Positions 8,116-17,222 of a stretch of DNA of 64,000 nt are shown here, one piece after another. The DNA is taken from NCBI GenBank assembly GCA_016937155.1, contig JAFGWM010000053.1:15495-79494 (forward strand), in the 5' to 3' direction. This DNA comes from Deltaproteobacteria bacterium. Its GTDB lineage: Bacteria; Myxococcota_A; Polyangia; HGW-17. The translations under genes and the position numbers were made by a program. Position 1 is the stretch's first letter. Every line of letters starts with the position of its first letter. The notes beneath the pieces were generated by a model. The model saw nothing but the letters and a program-made list of their open reading frames with translations. It was not told the DNA's origin and did no database searches.

Positions 8116-10424
8116 ACCTCTTCAACCGGGAGTTTAATTATAAAAGTGGTTCCTTTTCCTAAATCCGATTCCACATCAATATGTCCACTATGCTTTTCTA
8201 CAACCAGTTGATAGGCGATAGAAAGACCCTGTCCGGTGCCTTTTCCCACTGCCTTCGTTGTAAAAAAGGGATCAAAAATTTTATTAAGATTTTCTGATTT
8301 TATTCCTGATCCGGAATCACTTATTTTTACAATAAACCAGTTATCAGTATAGCTGGTTGAAATTTTAATTTTACCCTTATCATTCTGACCTCCACCTTTT
8401 TCCTCAATGGCATGAGCTGCATTGATTATCATATTCAAAAACACCTGATTCAGTTCACCAAGATGACAGGGAACCAGGGGACTGGACTGATCCAGATCCA
8501 ATTCCATATCAGCCACATACTTCCATTCATTTCGACAGACTGTAACTGTGTTTTCTATCCCTTCATTTATATTTGATAAAGTTTTTTCTTCTTGCCCAGG
8601 ATGGCTGAAGTTCTTCATTGCTCTGACGATATGACTTATCCGTTCTATTCCACTGGCAGCATCAGAAATTGCTGATGGCACTTCTTCAAGTAAAAAATCC
8701 CAATCATATTCAGAAAAAATCTTTTCAATTTTTCTTGTTTTATCACCTTCCTCAGATGCTTCATAAGAATTTATAATTAAACTGCTCATATCATCAATGA
8801 GTTGTTTCATATCATTAAATGAATCAGCGAAAAACTTAATATTATCTCCAACATATTGCGAAGGCGTATTAATTTCATGTGCAATTCCAGCTGCAAGCTG
8901 CCCTATTGATTCCATCTTCTGGGCATGAGAAAGATTTCTTTCAAGAGCAATTCTCTCTGTTATATCCACCAGAATTTCGATTATATAATCCTTATCATTT
9001 ATATTCTGAGTCAGTAGTGTTTTAAGTACTGTAATGTACTGTCCGTCTTTTTTCTCAATCAGTTTTTCCACATTCAGAATCACTTCTCCTTTTTTAAGGT
9101 TTTTGCACATATTCACACTGTCTGCATTAGAATCACAAAATACATCCTCACAGCAGATATCCGGGTTTTCAGGTGAAATCCCATATATATCTGAAACCAC
9201 AGAATTTATTTCTGCAATTTTATGTGTATTCACATCAATTTTCATGAATCCAACTTTAAGGACTTCCATAATTTTCCTAAGTAGATTCTCACTTTCACGA
9301 AGTTTCCTGTCATTTTCCATTCTCTCTGTTATATCCTGCTTAAATGCCAGCATATGTGTGATAAATCCACCCTTGGTCCGAATAGGAAAAATTGTGGTTT
9401 CCTCCCAGTAACAGCTGCCGTCTTTTCTTCTGTTATAAATTTCGCCTTTCCACATTCTTCCAAATAGCAGGCTCTGCCACATCGTCCGATAAAATGCATC
9501 ATCATGGTATCCTGATTTCAGAATGGAGGGTTTTTTCCCCAGAGCTTCTTCTTCACTAAAACCAGTAACCTGAGTGAAATTTCTGTTGATAAATTCAATA
9601 TCCCCCATTGCACTGGTGAGAACAATGGCCACCGGACTTTGCTCAATAGCTTTTTCAAAAATTTCAAGTCTTCTCGAAGTATCCGATTGCTTTATAAGTT
9701 CAATTATTCTTTCAGTTATAATGTTGGAAAACTCGTTAAAGTCATGGTCAAAATAATCAGGGTACTGAAAATATATTCTAAAAGATGCGGCTTTCTTTAA
9801 AAATAGAGTAAATTCTTTCTCAAAAACCAGATGCTCAATACTTTCATCACCCATACTAAAAACCGAATCGGAATATTCAAAAACAATTCTTGATGAAGTT
9901 TTTTTGTTAAAAACATCCAGAGTCAATGAAATTACACTTTTAATTCTGGTCTCAAATGGAATACTGAAGGATCCAAATAATCGGGAAATTTCACTCAAAG
10001 CGTGTAAAATAGTAATTTTATCAGACAATGACTGATTGATACTGCGGTATTTCTTTAAGAGGGCACTGTTTTTCAATCTTAGTTCCACTGAAAATAATAC
10101 CTGTGTTTTTATGAATGGTTTGGTCAGATATCCTTGAGGATTTGCAATTGAAGCCTTGATAAACGTTTCTTGCGAATTATCACCCGTAAGAAAAATTATA
10201 GGCACACCATATGTCTGATGTGCCCAGAATGCAGCTTCGATACCGTCATCATTCTCTGAGATTGATATATCGCATATAGCAAGATCTCTGTATCCGCTTT
10301 TAACAAGCTTCATGAATTCAGCAACCAGTTTTGCCCATACCACCTTATACCCTCTTTCCTCTAAAATACTCCGCAGTATAGCCGCACTGACACTGTCATC
10401 TTCGAGAATAACTATTTCCGCCAT
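8112..10424 (-). CDS. Hybrid sensor histidine kinase: N-terminal receiver, PAS domains, HisKA, HATPase_c
   Basis: Start set to ATG 10424 (MAEIVILEDD, GGAG 7 nt upstream). PAS-like segments (EGDIEFINRNFTQVTGFSEEEALGK...). H-box AAGIAHEINTP, N-box NMIINAAHAI, G-boxes DSGSGI and GTGQGLSI. Confidence 0.88.
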   Translation of the reverse strand: MAEIVILEDDSVSAAILRSILEERGYKVVWAKLVAEFMKLVKSGYRDLAICDISISENDDGIEAAFWAHQTYGVPIIFLTGDNSQETFIKASIANPQGYLTKPFIKTQVLFSVELRLKNSALLKKYRSINQSLSDKITILHALSEISRLFGSFSIPFETRIKSVISLTLDVFNKKTSSRIVFEYSDSVFSMGDESIEHLVFEKEFTLFLKKAASFRIYFQYPDYFDHDFNEFSNIITERIIELIKQSDTSRRLEIFEKAIEQSPVAIVLTSAMGDIEFINRNFTQVTGFSEEEALGKKPSILKSGYHDDAFYRTMWQSLLFGRMWKGEIYNRRKDGSCYWEETTIFPIRTKGGFITHMLAFKQDITERMENDRKLRESENLLRKIMEVLKVGFMKIDVNTHKIAEINSVVSDIYGISPENPDICCEDVFCDSNADSVNMCKNLKKGEVILNVEKLIEKKDGQYITVLKTLLTQNINDKDYIIEILVDITERIALERNLSHAQKMESIGQLAAGIAHEINTPSQYVGDNIKFFADSFNDMKQLIDDMSSLIINSYEASEEGDKTRKIEKIFSEYDWDFLLEEVPSAISDAASGIERISHIVRAMKNFSHPGQEEKTLSNINEGIENTVTVCRNEWKYVADMELDLDQSSPLVPCHLGELNQVFLNMIINAAHAIEEKGGGQNDKGKIKISTSYTDNWFIVKISDSGSGIKSENLNKIFDPFFTTKAVGKGTGQGLSIAYQLVVEKHSGHIDVESDLGKGTTFIIKLPVEEV

Positions 10425-10647
10425 GTGATTACTCCACAAGTAACATATCGGTTATTCCATCTTTATATATAAAGAAAATTTTTCAAAACATTGTGCTGGA
10501 TAGAGTTGTTTTAATAAAATCACTTTGGAAAACACCACTGTTTACTGAGGATAGCAGTTCTTTTTGTTTACCAGTACTTAGCTGAAGAGCAACCTGATAA
10601 TGATATTCTATAAAACCCCGGATTTTTTTCAGTAGGTTAAAAAAATA

Positions 10648-11187
10648 CTATTTCCGGCACATGTTCAGTAAAAGAGCACTTAAAACAACAGAGTTTTTTA
10701 TACTGCCTGAACTCACCAGTGCATAAAGTTCATCCTGTGTAGCAGTAAACATCTCAATTTCTTCATCATCATCAAACTGAACATCATGAGTTTTTCTGCA
10801 GCCCTTTGCCAGAAAAACATGACAGAAATTCGTTTGAATGGCATTATTTGGAGAAACTTTTCCAAGATATGTCCAGTCATCAGATGTAAAACCTGTTTCC
10901 TCAAGCAGCTCTCTTCTGGCTCCATCAAGAGGTTTCTCTCCATTTTCAAGTACCCCTCCTGGAATTTCCGTAGAGAATTCGAGGGTCCCATGTCTGAATT
11001 GATTAATTAATATTATTTTTCCATCATCTGTCATAGGAATAACATTAGCCCAGTCTGGAAATCCCAGACGAAAGAAATCCCCATCTCTGCTGTTATCCTC
11101 CATACAATGATGACTTTTTTGTATTTTCATGAAGGAATTTTCAAAAACAATCTCGGAGTGGACAACATTCCATTTTCTAATTTTCAT
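10648..11187 (-). CDS. Nudix hydrolase (ADP-ribose pyrophosphatase-like)
   Basis: 179 aa with a perfect Nudix box GGVLENGEKPLDGARRELLEETGF. Its start overlaps the 3' end of the kinase gene by 11 nt. Confidence 0.85.
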   Translation of the reverse strand: MKIRKWNVVHSEIVFENSFMKIQKSHHCMEDNSRDGDFFRLGFPDWANVIPMTDDGKIILINQFRHGTLEFSTEIPGGVLENGEKPLDGARRELLEETGFTSDDWTYLGKVSPNNAIQTNFCHVFLAKGCRKTHDVQFDDDEEIEMFTATQDELYALVSSGSIKNSVVLSALLLNMCRK

Positions 11188-14100
11188 TTTCCAGAATTTC
11201 TTTCCAGTCGTTCAAAGCTTTTCTTGCTTCATACCAGTCAAGATCACTTACTATTCCTTCTGAAATCTCAACCAGATGTCTGGTTTCATCGTGATTATTA
11301 CCGAAAGAGAGTCTGAAAATATTCTGTACAGCCTCAAAAAGCTCAACCTTCATATCAAGTTTTTCATAGTCCGTCATGGCACATCTCAAATGCTCAATTG
11401 CACCAGAGACATCACCTTCTTCGAGATGAGTACGATAAAGAACTTCTTCAACCTGAATGCGGCTTACAGGATCCCTTTCAGCCAGTACCTGAGCTGATTT
11501 AAGCCAGACATTTGACATTTCACGGCTGATATTTTTTGCGCTCTCACTTACACTTATCAGAACATTTACAGCACCTTTCGAGGCAAGTATCCTATTAAGA
11601 TTATCACTGATAAATGACAAGCCCGAAACATCATCACCTTTTTCAGCATACATTTTCAAAACCCCGGATAGGAAAACATCCGAGAACTCCGTATTGACAT
11701 CGCTGAGAGAATTGACAACCTTAAATACTTCCATGGCTTTTTCAAGTTCCCCCTGATCTACATACATGTAGAAAAGAAACATGAGGAATTTCATATGTAA
11801 TTCAGGTTCATTTCCAAGTACATTCAGCATTGTCAGAAGAACATTTTCAGCTTTCTCAAACTGACCATCATTACTCAGCATATTGACATATGCATCAACA
11901 CAGTCATGCAGTTTGTTAACATCCTGTTTGAATATCTCTCCGTGTTCAAGAAGATGCCGTCTAAAACTGTCAATGGCTTTTTCAAGGTAAATTTTTGTAC
12001 TAAAGCCTTCTTCACATAATAAGAAACTATGAGATGTATCATTGAAAAGCTCGAAGGCCCTCACGTATTCACCAGCTTCAAAATATAATTCAGCACATAT
12101 TGCAGGTGAAATATCTACTGTTCCTCGCTCATGCAATCCTATGATATTCTGACAGAATTCTTTTCTAAGCTCTCCTGGAATCATTCCCTTGATAACCTTT
12201 TTAAGCATAGGATGAGGAATATACCAACTGTCATCCCTTTTATATAAAAGCCCACGATTACTCAATAATTCGAGAGGCATATTCAGAGTATTTATATCGG
12301 TATCAAGAATTGTTGAGAATTCAGATGAACTTAGACCTTCATCAAGCATACTTGAAATTTCAAGGAGTTCTCGCATTCGTGTGGGAAGACGATTGAATCT
12401 GACTTCAAGAACCTCCATGGGAGATGACAGATTAGCTGGAATATGTTCTTCACACGCCAGATCCACATACTGAAGAAGCATGAGAACATTTCCCTCCAGC
12501 AGACTCAGGTGATTTCTCACCTGAGATGGAACATCTCTTTTGCTGAGTTGTGAAAAAAGATCACAGGAGTCATCCTCTGTAAGGGGTTCAAAGTTTATCT
12601 GGACAGCATCCTTAAGCATTACACTGTTGGTGCACTCCACCAAAAGCGACTGTGAAAAATTCCTGTAAGTGGTGGAAAGACTTTCAAGGAAACCATAATC
12701 CGAAATATTTTCAAGACCATGAAGAAATAGATGATGGGGATATTTTTTAAGTTTCAGTTCCAGAAAAAGTCTTATGGCTTTTCTGGTTCTGAGTTTCCAG
12801 GTCTTTATATTACGCTTTGGAACAGTACATTCGAGAAGACTGAAAATATATTCTGTCTGTTTACGAAGTTTCCTACTGTATTCAGAAATGAAATCCAGGC
12901 CTATGACAGAACTGACAATAGCTCTTTCCAGTGACCATGGAGTCCCATGACCTGTTTCTTCCATATTAAGACTTAAAAAATGATCTCCAATGCTACCCAG
13001 TGCATTAAATGCGGCAAAGCTCCTCCCGCTTCCCTGCTCCCCCATTAAAAGAACATGGTTTTTGGATGTGACCGCCTTTTTTATTGTAGCAATTTCAAGA
13101 GGCCTAATCACATGTGAAGAACTGGCATGGAGAATACCATTAACTCCAGTAAGTGTTCCGGTAACTGTTCCAAGGGCAGGATGATTAACACTGCTGAGAG
13201 TTGAAGTAACAATCTGTTCCTCGGATATATCGTCCATCCAGTCCATTGAGGAGGATTCCTCTTCAACCACCAGATCCTCCTCGAGATTTCTTACTGAAAT
13301 AATATCTCTGGTCTCAACAACCTGAATTTTCTCGACAGGAGAAGCTCTCTCTGAGGTATTGATCGAATGAAGACAGCTGGGGCAAATTTTACTTCCAGGT
13401 GGAATGTTATTGCCACAAATCGGGCAACTGCCATCATCATGCTCTCCACTGACTGCAAGCCATCCTTCAAGAACCCGTCTAAATTCGGAGGCGCTGGAAA
13501 TACGATCGTCTTTTTTCTTTTCAATAGCCCACATGATAATAGCTTCAAGAGCAGGGGGAATTTTTCCTGGAACAGCCACTGTAGATGGCAACTGGGGCTT
13601 TTCGTGAACATGACAAATAAGAATTTCTGTGGGATTTTCGCTGACAAATGGAGGTCTTCCACAAAGAAGTTCATAAAACAGAATTCCCAGTGAATAAAGG
13701 TCTGTCCTTTCATCAAGTTGCTTTCCTGTTGCCTGTTCAGGTGACATATATTCCGGGGTTCCCCAGACCATACCTGGTCGGGTGAGGCTTGTATCCTGCT
13801 GATTGAGCTGCTTGGCAATCCCAAAGTCAAGAACAGTAACATGATCGCTACCAGTCTGCTGCTTCTCAACAAAAATGTTTTCAGGTTTAAGATCCCTGTG
13901 AACAAGACCTATGCGGTGTGCTGCCTCAAGTGCAAGAAGTATCTGTCTGATCCAGGAGGCAATTCTGGTTACAGAAATACTCCTCTCCTTTTTCATAAGA
14001 CTGGAAAGGCTCACTCCCCTGAGATACTCCATGACCATATATATGATTCCCTCTTCTGTCTGGCCGAAATCATAAATAGTTATGGAATTTGGATGATTAA

Positions 14101-14404
14101 GCTTAGCAGCAAGACGGGCTTCTCTATAAAACATCGCAACAGCGCGCTCATCTTCAAGATTGTTTGCATGTAGAATCTTAATTGCAACAAGTTTATCGAG
14201 AAATCTCTGTTTTCCCCTGTACACACGCCCCATCCCACCCTCACCAATGTATTCCTCTATCTCATATTTGTTATCAATCTGCTTGCCTATTAAAGGATCA
14301 GATTTTTCCTTCTGAACCCCATTCAAAGGTAACACCACGCCACAACTTATACACACCAGAGCGCTGGACTTGTTTGAAAACCCACATGAAGGACAACTTA
14401 TCAT
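11177..14404 (-). CDS. Large Ser/Thr protein kinase with two zinc-ribbon motifs, AAA_16/STAND-like NTPase region and TPR-like helical C-terminus
   Basis: Start set to MISCPSCG (ATG 14404). CPSCG...CISCG ribbon. Hanks kinase motifs HRDLKPENIF, DFGIAK, GTPEYMSPE. Second ribbon CPICG...CPSC. P-loop-like LLMGEQGSGRS (Lys replaced by Arg). Long helical repeat tail. Confidence 0.85.
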   Translation of the reverse strand: MISCPSCGFSNKSSALVCISCGVVLPLNGVQKEKSDPLIGKQIDNKYEIEEYIGEGGMGRVYRGKQRFLDKLVAIKILHANNLEDERAVAMFYREARLAAKLNHPNSITIYDFGQTEEGIIYMVMEYLRGVSLSSLMKKERSISVTRIASWIRQILLALEAAHRIGLVHRDLKPENIFVEKQQTGSDHVTVLDFGIAKQLNQQDTSLTRPGMVWGTPEYMSPEQATGKQLDERTDLYSLGILFYELLCGRPPFVSENPTEILICHVHEKPQLPSTVAVPGKIPPALEAIIMWAIEKKKDDRISSASEFRRVLEGWLAVSGEHDDGSCPICGNNIPPGSKICPSCLHSINTSERASPVEKIQVVETRDIISVRNLEEDLVVEEESSSMDWMDDISEEQIVTSTLSSVNHPALGTVTGTLTGVNGILHASSSHVIRPLEIATIKKAVTSKNHVLLMGEQGSGRSFAAFNALGSIGDHFLSLNMEETGHGTPWSLERAIVSSVIGLDFISEYSRKLRKQTEYIFSLLECTVPKRNIKTWKLRTRKAIRLFLELKLKKYPHHLFLHGLENISDYGFLESLSTTYRNFSQSLLVECTNSVMLKDAVQINFEPLTEDDSCDLFSQLSKRDVPSQVRNHLSLLEGNVLMLLQYVDLACEEHIPANLSSPMEVLEVRFNRLPTRMRELLEISSMLDEGLSSSEFSTILDTDINTLNMPLELLSNRGLLYKRDDSWYIPHPMLKKVIKGMIPGELRKEFCQNIIGLHERGTVDISPAICAELYFEAGEYVRAFELFNDTSHSFLLCEEGFSTKIYLEKAIDSFRRHLLEHGEIFKQDVNKLHDCVDAYVNMLSNDGQFEKAENVLLTMLNVLGNEPELHMKFLMFLFYMYVDQGELEKAMEVFKVVNSLSDVNTEFSDVFLSGVLKMYAEKGDDVSGLSFISDNLNRILASKGAVNVLISVSESAKNISREMSNVWLKSAQVLAERDPVSRIQVEEVLYRTHLEEGDVSGAIEHLRCAMTDYEKLDMKVELFEAVQNIFRLSFGNNHDETRHLVEISEGIVSDLDWYEARKALNDWKEILENEN

Positions 14405-14525
14405 TCGGTTATTATTTCCCACAATAAGTACAATGTCCACAGAAAATAGCAGGTACATATTCTTATAATATTTTAACTCTGATACTTAGGTAAAAATTTG
14501 GCCGTATATGAAATGGAGTGTTATA

Positions 14526-15893
14526 ATGCACCCCATGTCTGATGTTAATTTCCACCCCACAGTTCTTATAGTAGATGATGAACCTTCAATGCGTAAAATG
14601 CTTTCCATAGCCCTGAAAAGAAATGGGTACCATTGTGAAACAGCTCAAAGTGGAGAGGCAGCCCTTGAGTTTCTGGAACATTCAGAAGTGGATATTGTAA
14701 TTTCAGACATGAGAATGGGTGGCATGAATGGTCTGGAGCTTCTGGAAAAACTCAAAAAACATCATCCACTAATTGAATTTCTTCTAATTACTGCTCATGG
14801 AACTATTGAAACAGCAATTGAAGCAGTTAGAGGAGGCGCCTTCGATTTTATTCAAAAACCCTTTAAGGTAGCTGAAATTGAACTGGCTGTAGACAGGGCA
14901 ATGGATCAGATAAACCTGAGAAGAGAAAATGAAAGTCTGAGGAAAGAGGTTTCCGGTGTTGGAGTACTGGGAAACCTGATAGGAAACAGCGTTGCTATAA
15001 AAACAGTAATGGATCTTGTTCGGCGTAGTGCTCCTTCGAGAAGTAACGTTCTTGTTTCCGGTGAAAGCGGAACAGGCAAGGAAGTTGTCGCAAGAACTCT
15101 GCATATGCTCAGTCAGAGAAGTTCCGGCCCCTTTCTCGCTGTGAACTGCGGTGCAATACCTGGCGAATTACTTGAAAGTGAGCTTTTTGGGCATATTAAA
15201 GGTTCCTTTACAGGGGCTGCCACTGATAAGGCTGGTCTTTTTCAGGCTGCAAAGGGAGGAACTATACTACTGGATGAAATAGGGGAAATGCCAGTCTTGT
15301 TGCAGGTAAAACTTCTGAGAGCACTACAGGAAAGAAGAGTGAGGCCTGTGGGTTCAACCAGGGAAATTGATGTGGATGTAAGAATCATTGCATCCACCAA
15401 CAGAAATCTTTCTGATGAAGTGACTGCCGGAAACTTCAGAGAAGATCTTTATTACAGATTAAATGTTATCCACATTGAAATACCTCCTCTAAGGGAAAGA
15501 AAAGAGGATATTCTTCCTCTGACTGATTTATTACTTGGTAAACTCTGTGGCGAAATGGCCATGGTGGTTCCGGAATTTTCCCCAGGAGCAAAAAATTTCC
15601 TTCAAAGCTATGATTATCCCGGTAATGTCAGGGAACTTGAAAATATTCTTGAAAGAGGCCTCGTTTTGGATGTTGACGGTACTCTTGACAGTGAGGACCT
15701 GATTCCCACTGCCAGTGGAGAGTTCAGGGCTGCTAATACAACTCTTGATGAAAAACTTAATGAATTTGAAAAAAAACATATTCTGGAAGCCCTCAATAAA
15801 AACGGATGGAACAGGACTCAGACATCTGCAGATTTAGGAATCTCATTCAGATCTCTCAGATACCGTATGGAAAAACTTGGGCTTGGTCAGTGA
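14526..15893 (+). CDS. Sigma54-dependent response regulator (NtrC family, PilR-like by context)
   Basis: REC (LIVDDEP, VISDMRMGGMNG). AAA+ motifs GESGTGKE, LLDEIGEM, and GAFTGA-type loop GSFTGA. C-terminal Fis-type HTH (TSADLGISFRSLRYRMEKLGL). ATG 14526 has GGAG 7 nt upstream. The ATG at 14508 is an alternative start. Confidence 0.88.
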   Translation: MHPMSDVNFHPTVLIVDDEPSMRKMLSIALKRNGYHCETAQSGEAALEFLEHSEVDIVISDMRMGGMNGLELLEKLKKHHPLIEFLLITAHGTIETAIEAVRGGAFDFIQKPFKVAEIELAVDRAMDQINLRRENESLRKEVSGVGVLGNLIGNSVAIKTVMDLVRRSAPSRSNVLVSGESGTGKEVVARTLHMLSQRSSGPFLAVNCGAIPGELLESELFGHIKGSFTGAATDKAGLFQAAKGGTILLDEIGEMPVLLQVKLLRALQERRVRPVGSTREIDVDVRIIASTNRNLSDEVTAGNFREDLYYRLNVIHIEIPPLRERKEDILPLTDLLLGKLCGEMAMVVPEFSPGAKNFLQSYDYPGNVRELENILERGLVLDVDGTLDSEDLIPTASGEFRAANTTLDEKLNEFEKKHILEALNKNGWNRTQTSADLGISFRSLRYRMEKLGLGQ

Positions 15894-15927
15894 CAATTTA
15901 GGTAAAGTAAATGACAAAAATTGTCAC
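15890..15927. promoter_or_regulatory. Inverted-repeat cluster with three TGTC/GACA half sites; candidate enhancer (UAS) for the sigma54 activator, or terminator of the regulator gene
   Basis: GTGACAATTT (15890-15899) and AAATTGTCAC (15918-15927) are perfect 10-bp inverted repeats. An extra TGACAA sits at 15912-15917. The cluster lies about 85-120 nt upstream of the -24 element. Confidence 0.4.
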
Positions 15928-16010
15928 ATTTTATTTGCATGGATAAATATTAACACTAAAATAAGTTGTTATATTAAAAAGTTATATTTTTATTTCAAGA
16001 TTTTTACTAT

Positions 16011-16026
16011 TGGATCCGATTTTGCT
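16011..16026 (+). promoter_or_regulatory. Sigma54 (-24/-12) promoter candidate for the pilin genes
   Basis: TGGATCCGATTTTGCT matches TGGCACG-N4-TTGCW at TGG and TTGC with the exact canonical spacing. It lies 13 nt before AAGGAG (16039-16044) and 26 nt before ATG 16052, directly downstream of a sigma54 activator gene. Confidence 0.6.
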
Positions 16027-16051
16027 TTAACACATACCAAGGAGTCGGTTA

Positions 16052-16579
16052 ATGAAGTCATCCGGTTTTACAATGATTGAACTATTACTGGTTGTAGTGG
16101 TAATTGGAATTCTTGCTGCCATTGCTATTCCGCAGTTCAATTCCCAGAGTAAAAAAGCCAAGGCCAGTGAAGTTCCGGGAATGTTCACTGCGATCAAAAC
16201 TGCCCAGTTTGCATACAAGAGTGAATATGGGATGTTTCTGTCCACCGGCTCAACTGAAACTGACTTTTACCCGGCTTTACTTTCTTCTGGTGAACCGGTG
16301 AAAAAGAAATGGGAACCTGCTTCATCAAGCAAGTGGGTGGATCTTGGCGTCCAGCCTCCGGATTATCAACTTTACTGTGGTTATGTCACCATTGGCGGAA
16401 GTGCGGGAACTGGTCCTTCTGGCACTCATGGACAGAATATTTTCAGAAACACAGTGCCAACAAAACCATGGTTTTATATAGTCGCTGCCTGTGACCTCGA
16501 TGGCAGACCAACTACAAATACAACATACATTACATCCTCGGATGTTGAAAAAACTGTAACGAGGAATAACGGTAACTGA
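16052..16579 (+). CDS. Type IV pilin / pseudopilin-like protein (prepilin N-terminal methylation motif)
   Basis: 175 aa. MKSSG|[24 protein letters not shown] is a class III signal with G-1, F+1, E+5. Good SD. Confidence 0.85.
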   Translation: MKSSGFTMIELLLVVVVIGILAAIAIPQFNSQSKKAKASEVPGMFTAIKTAQFAYKSEYGMFLSTGSTETDFYPALLSSGEPVKKKWEPASSSKWVDLGVQPPDYQLYCGYVTIGGSAGTGPSGTHGQNIFRNTVPTKPWFYIVAACDLDGRPTTNTTYITSSDVEKTVTRNNGN

Positions 16580-16625
16580 TTACTTTTTTAACTGTTGGGT
16601 TACATACCCGGAAAGGAATTTTAAC

Positions 16626-17183
16626 ATGAAAAAACAGTCAGGTTTCACTCTCATCGAACTTATGATCGTTGTGGCAATTATTGGTATTCTCGCAGCTATC
16701 GCAATCCCTTCATTCCTGAGATATATCTCAACATCCAAAAATGCTGAGGTACCTAACGCTATGAAGGCTCTTTATGATGGTAGTGTTGCTCACTACAGAA
16801 ATCCCAACATCCATGTGGATGCCATTGGTGATGCTATCACCCCTACCTTCCCTGCCACACACGACTGGTCACCAAGTGCTACATGCTGTGATGGTACCAG
16901 ACCTGTTAAATGTGATCCTTCTAATACTGGTAATCCCGGTAGTTATAGTGGTGCAACTGTATGGGAAGAGACCACCTGGACAGAGCTCAATTTCAGAATG
17001 GAGAACAAACACTATTATCAGTATAACTATACCGGAAGTAGTTCCGATACTTTCATAGCTGGAGCTCAGGGCGATCTCGACTGCGATGGAACTTATTCAC
17101 TCTTCCAGAGAAAAGGTACCGTTGATACAGCCACAAATGACATCAAAGGCGCTGATCTTAAACCTGTCCGTCCCGGTGAATAA
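16626..17183 (+). CDS. pilA: Type IV major pilin, PilA-like
   Basis: 185 aa. MKKQSG|[24 protein letters not shown] is the canonical prepilin motif, with Cys pairs in the C-terminal globular part (CC...C, C). Confidence 0.85.
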   Translation: MKKQSGFTLIELMIVVAIIGILAAIAIPSFLRYISTSKNAEVPNAMKALYDGSVAHYRNPNIHVDAIGDAITPTFPATHDWSPSATCCDGTRPVKCDPSNTGNPGSYSGATVWEETTWTELNFRMENKHYYQYNYTGSSSDTFIAGAQGDLDCDGTYSLFQRKGTVDTATNDIKGADLKPVRPGE

Positions 17184-17222
17184 TTACTCCCTCTCTTTCA
17201 GGATATCCTGATTTCCTGAATC

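Noticed and set aside
13291-13905. 204-aa alternate-frame ORF and several 60-110-aa antisense ORFs inside the Ser/Thr kinase gene; similar shadow ORFs lie inside the amidase, DUF4215, protease, tolA/tolR and kinase genes
   Set aside because: Each is fully embedded in a long ORF that has strong family motifs. The shadow translations are low-complexity and carry no motifs.
15922-15939. Second sigma54-like element TGTCAC-N9-TTGCA upstream of the pilin promoter
   Set aside because: The spacing is 2 nt too long relative to TGGCAC-N5-TTGC, and the invariant GG is GT. It is more likely part of the inverted-repeat (UAS/terminator) element.
17197-17220. Hairpin TTCAGGA-N10-TCCTGAA (containing the palindrome CAGGATATCCTG) between the convergent pilin and zinc-ribbon genes, considered as a bidirectional terminator
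   Set aside because: The stem is short and AT-rich, and neither strand has a following U-run. I cannot support it as a rho-independent terminator.
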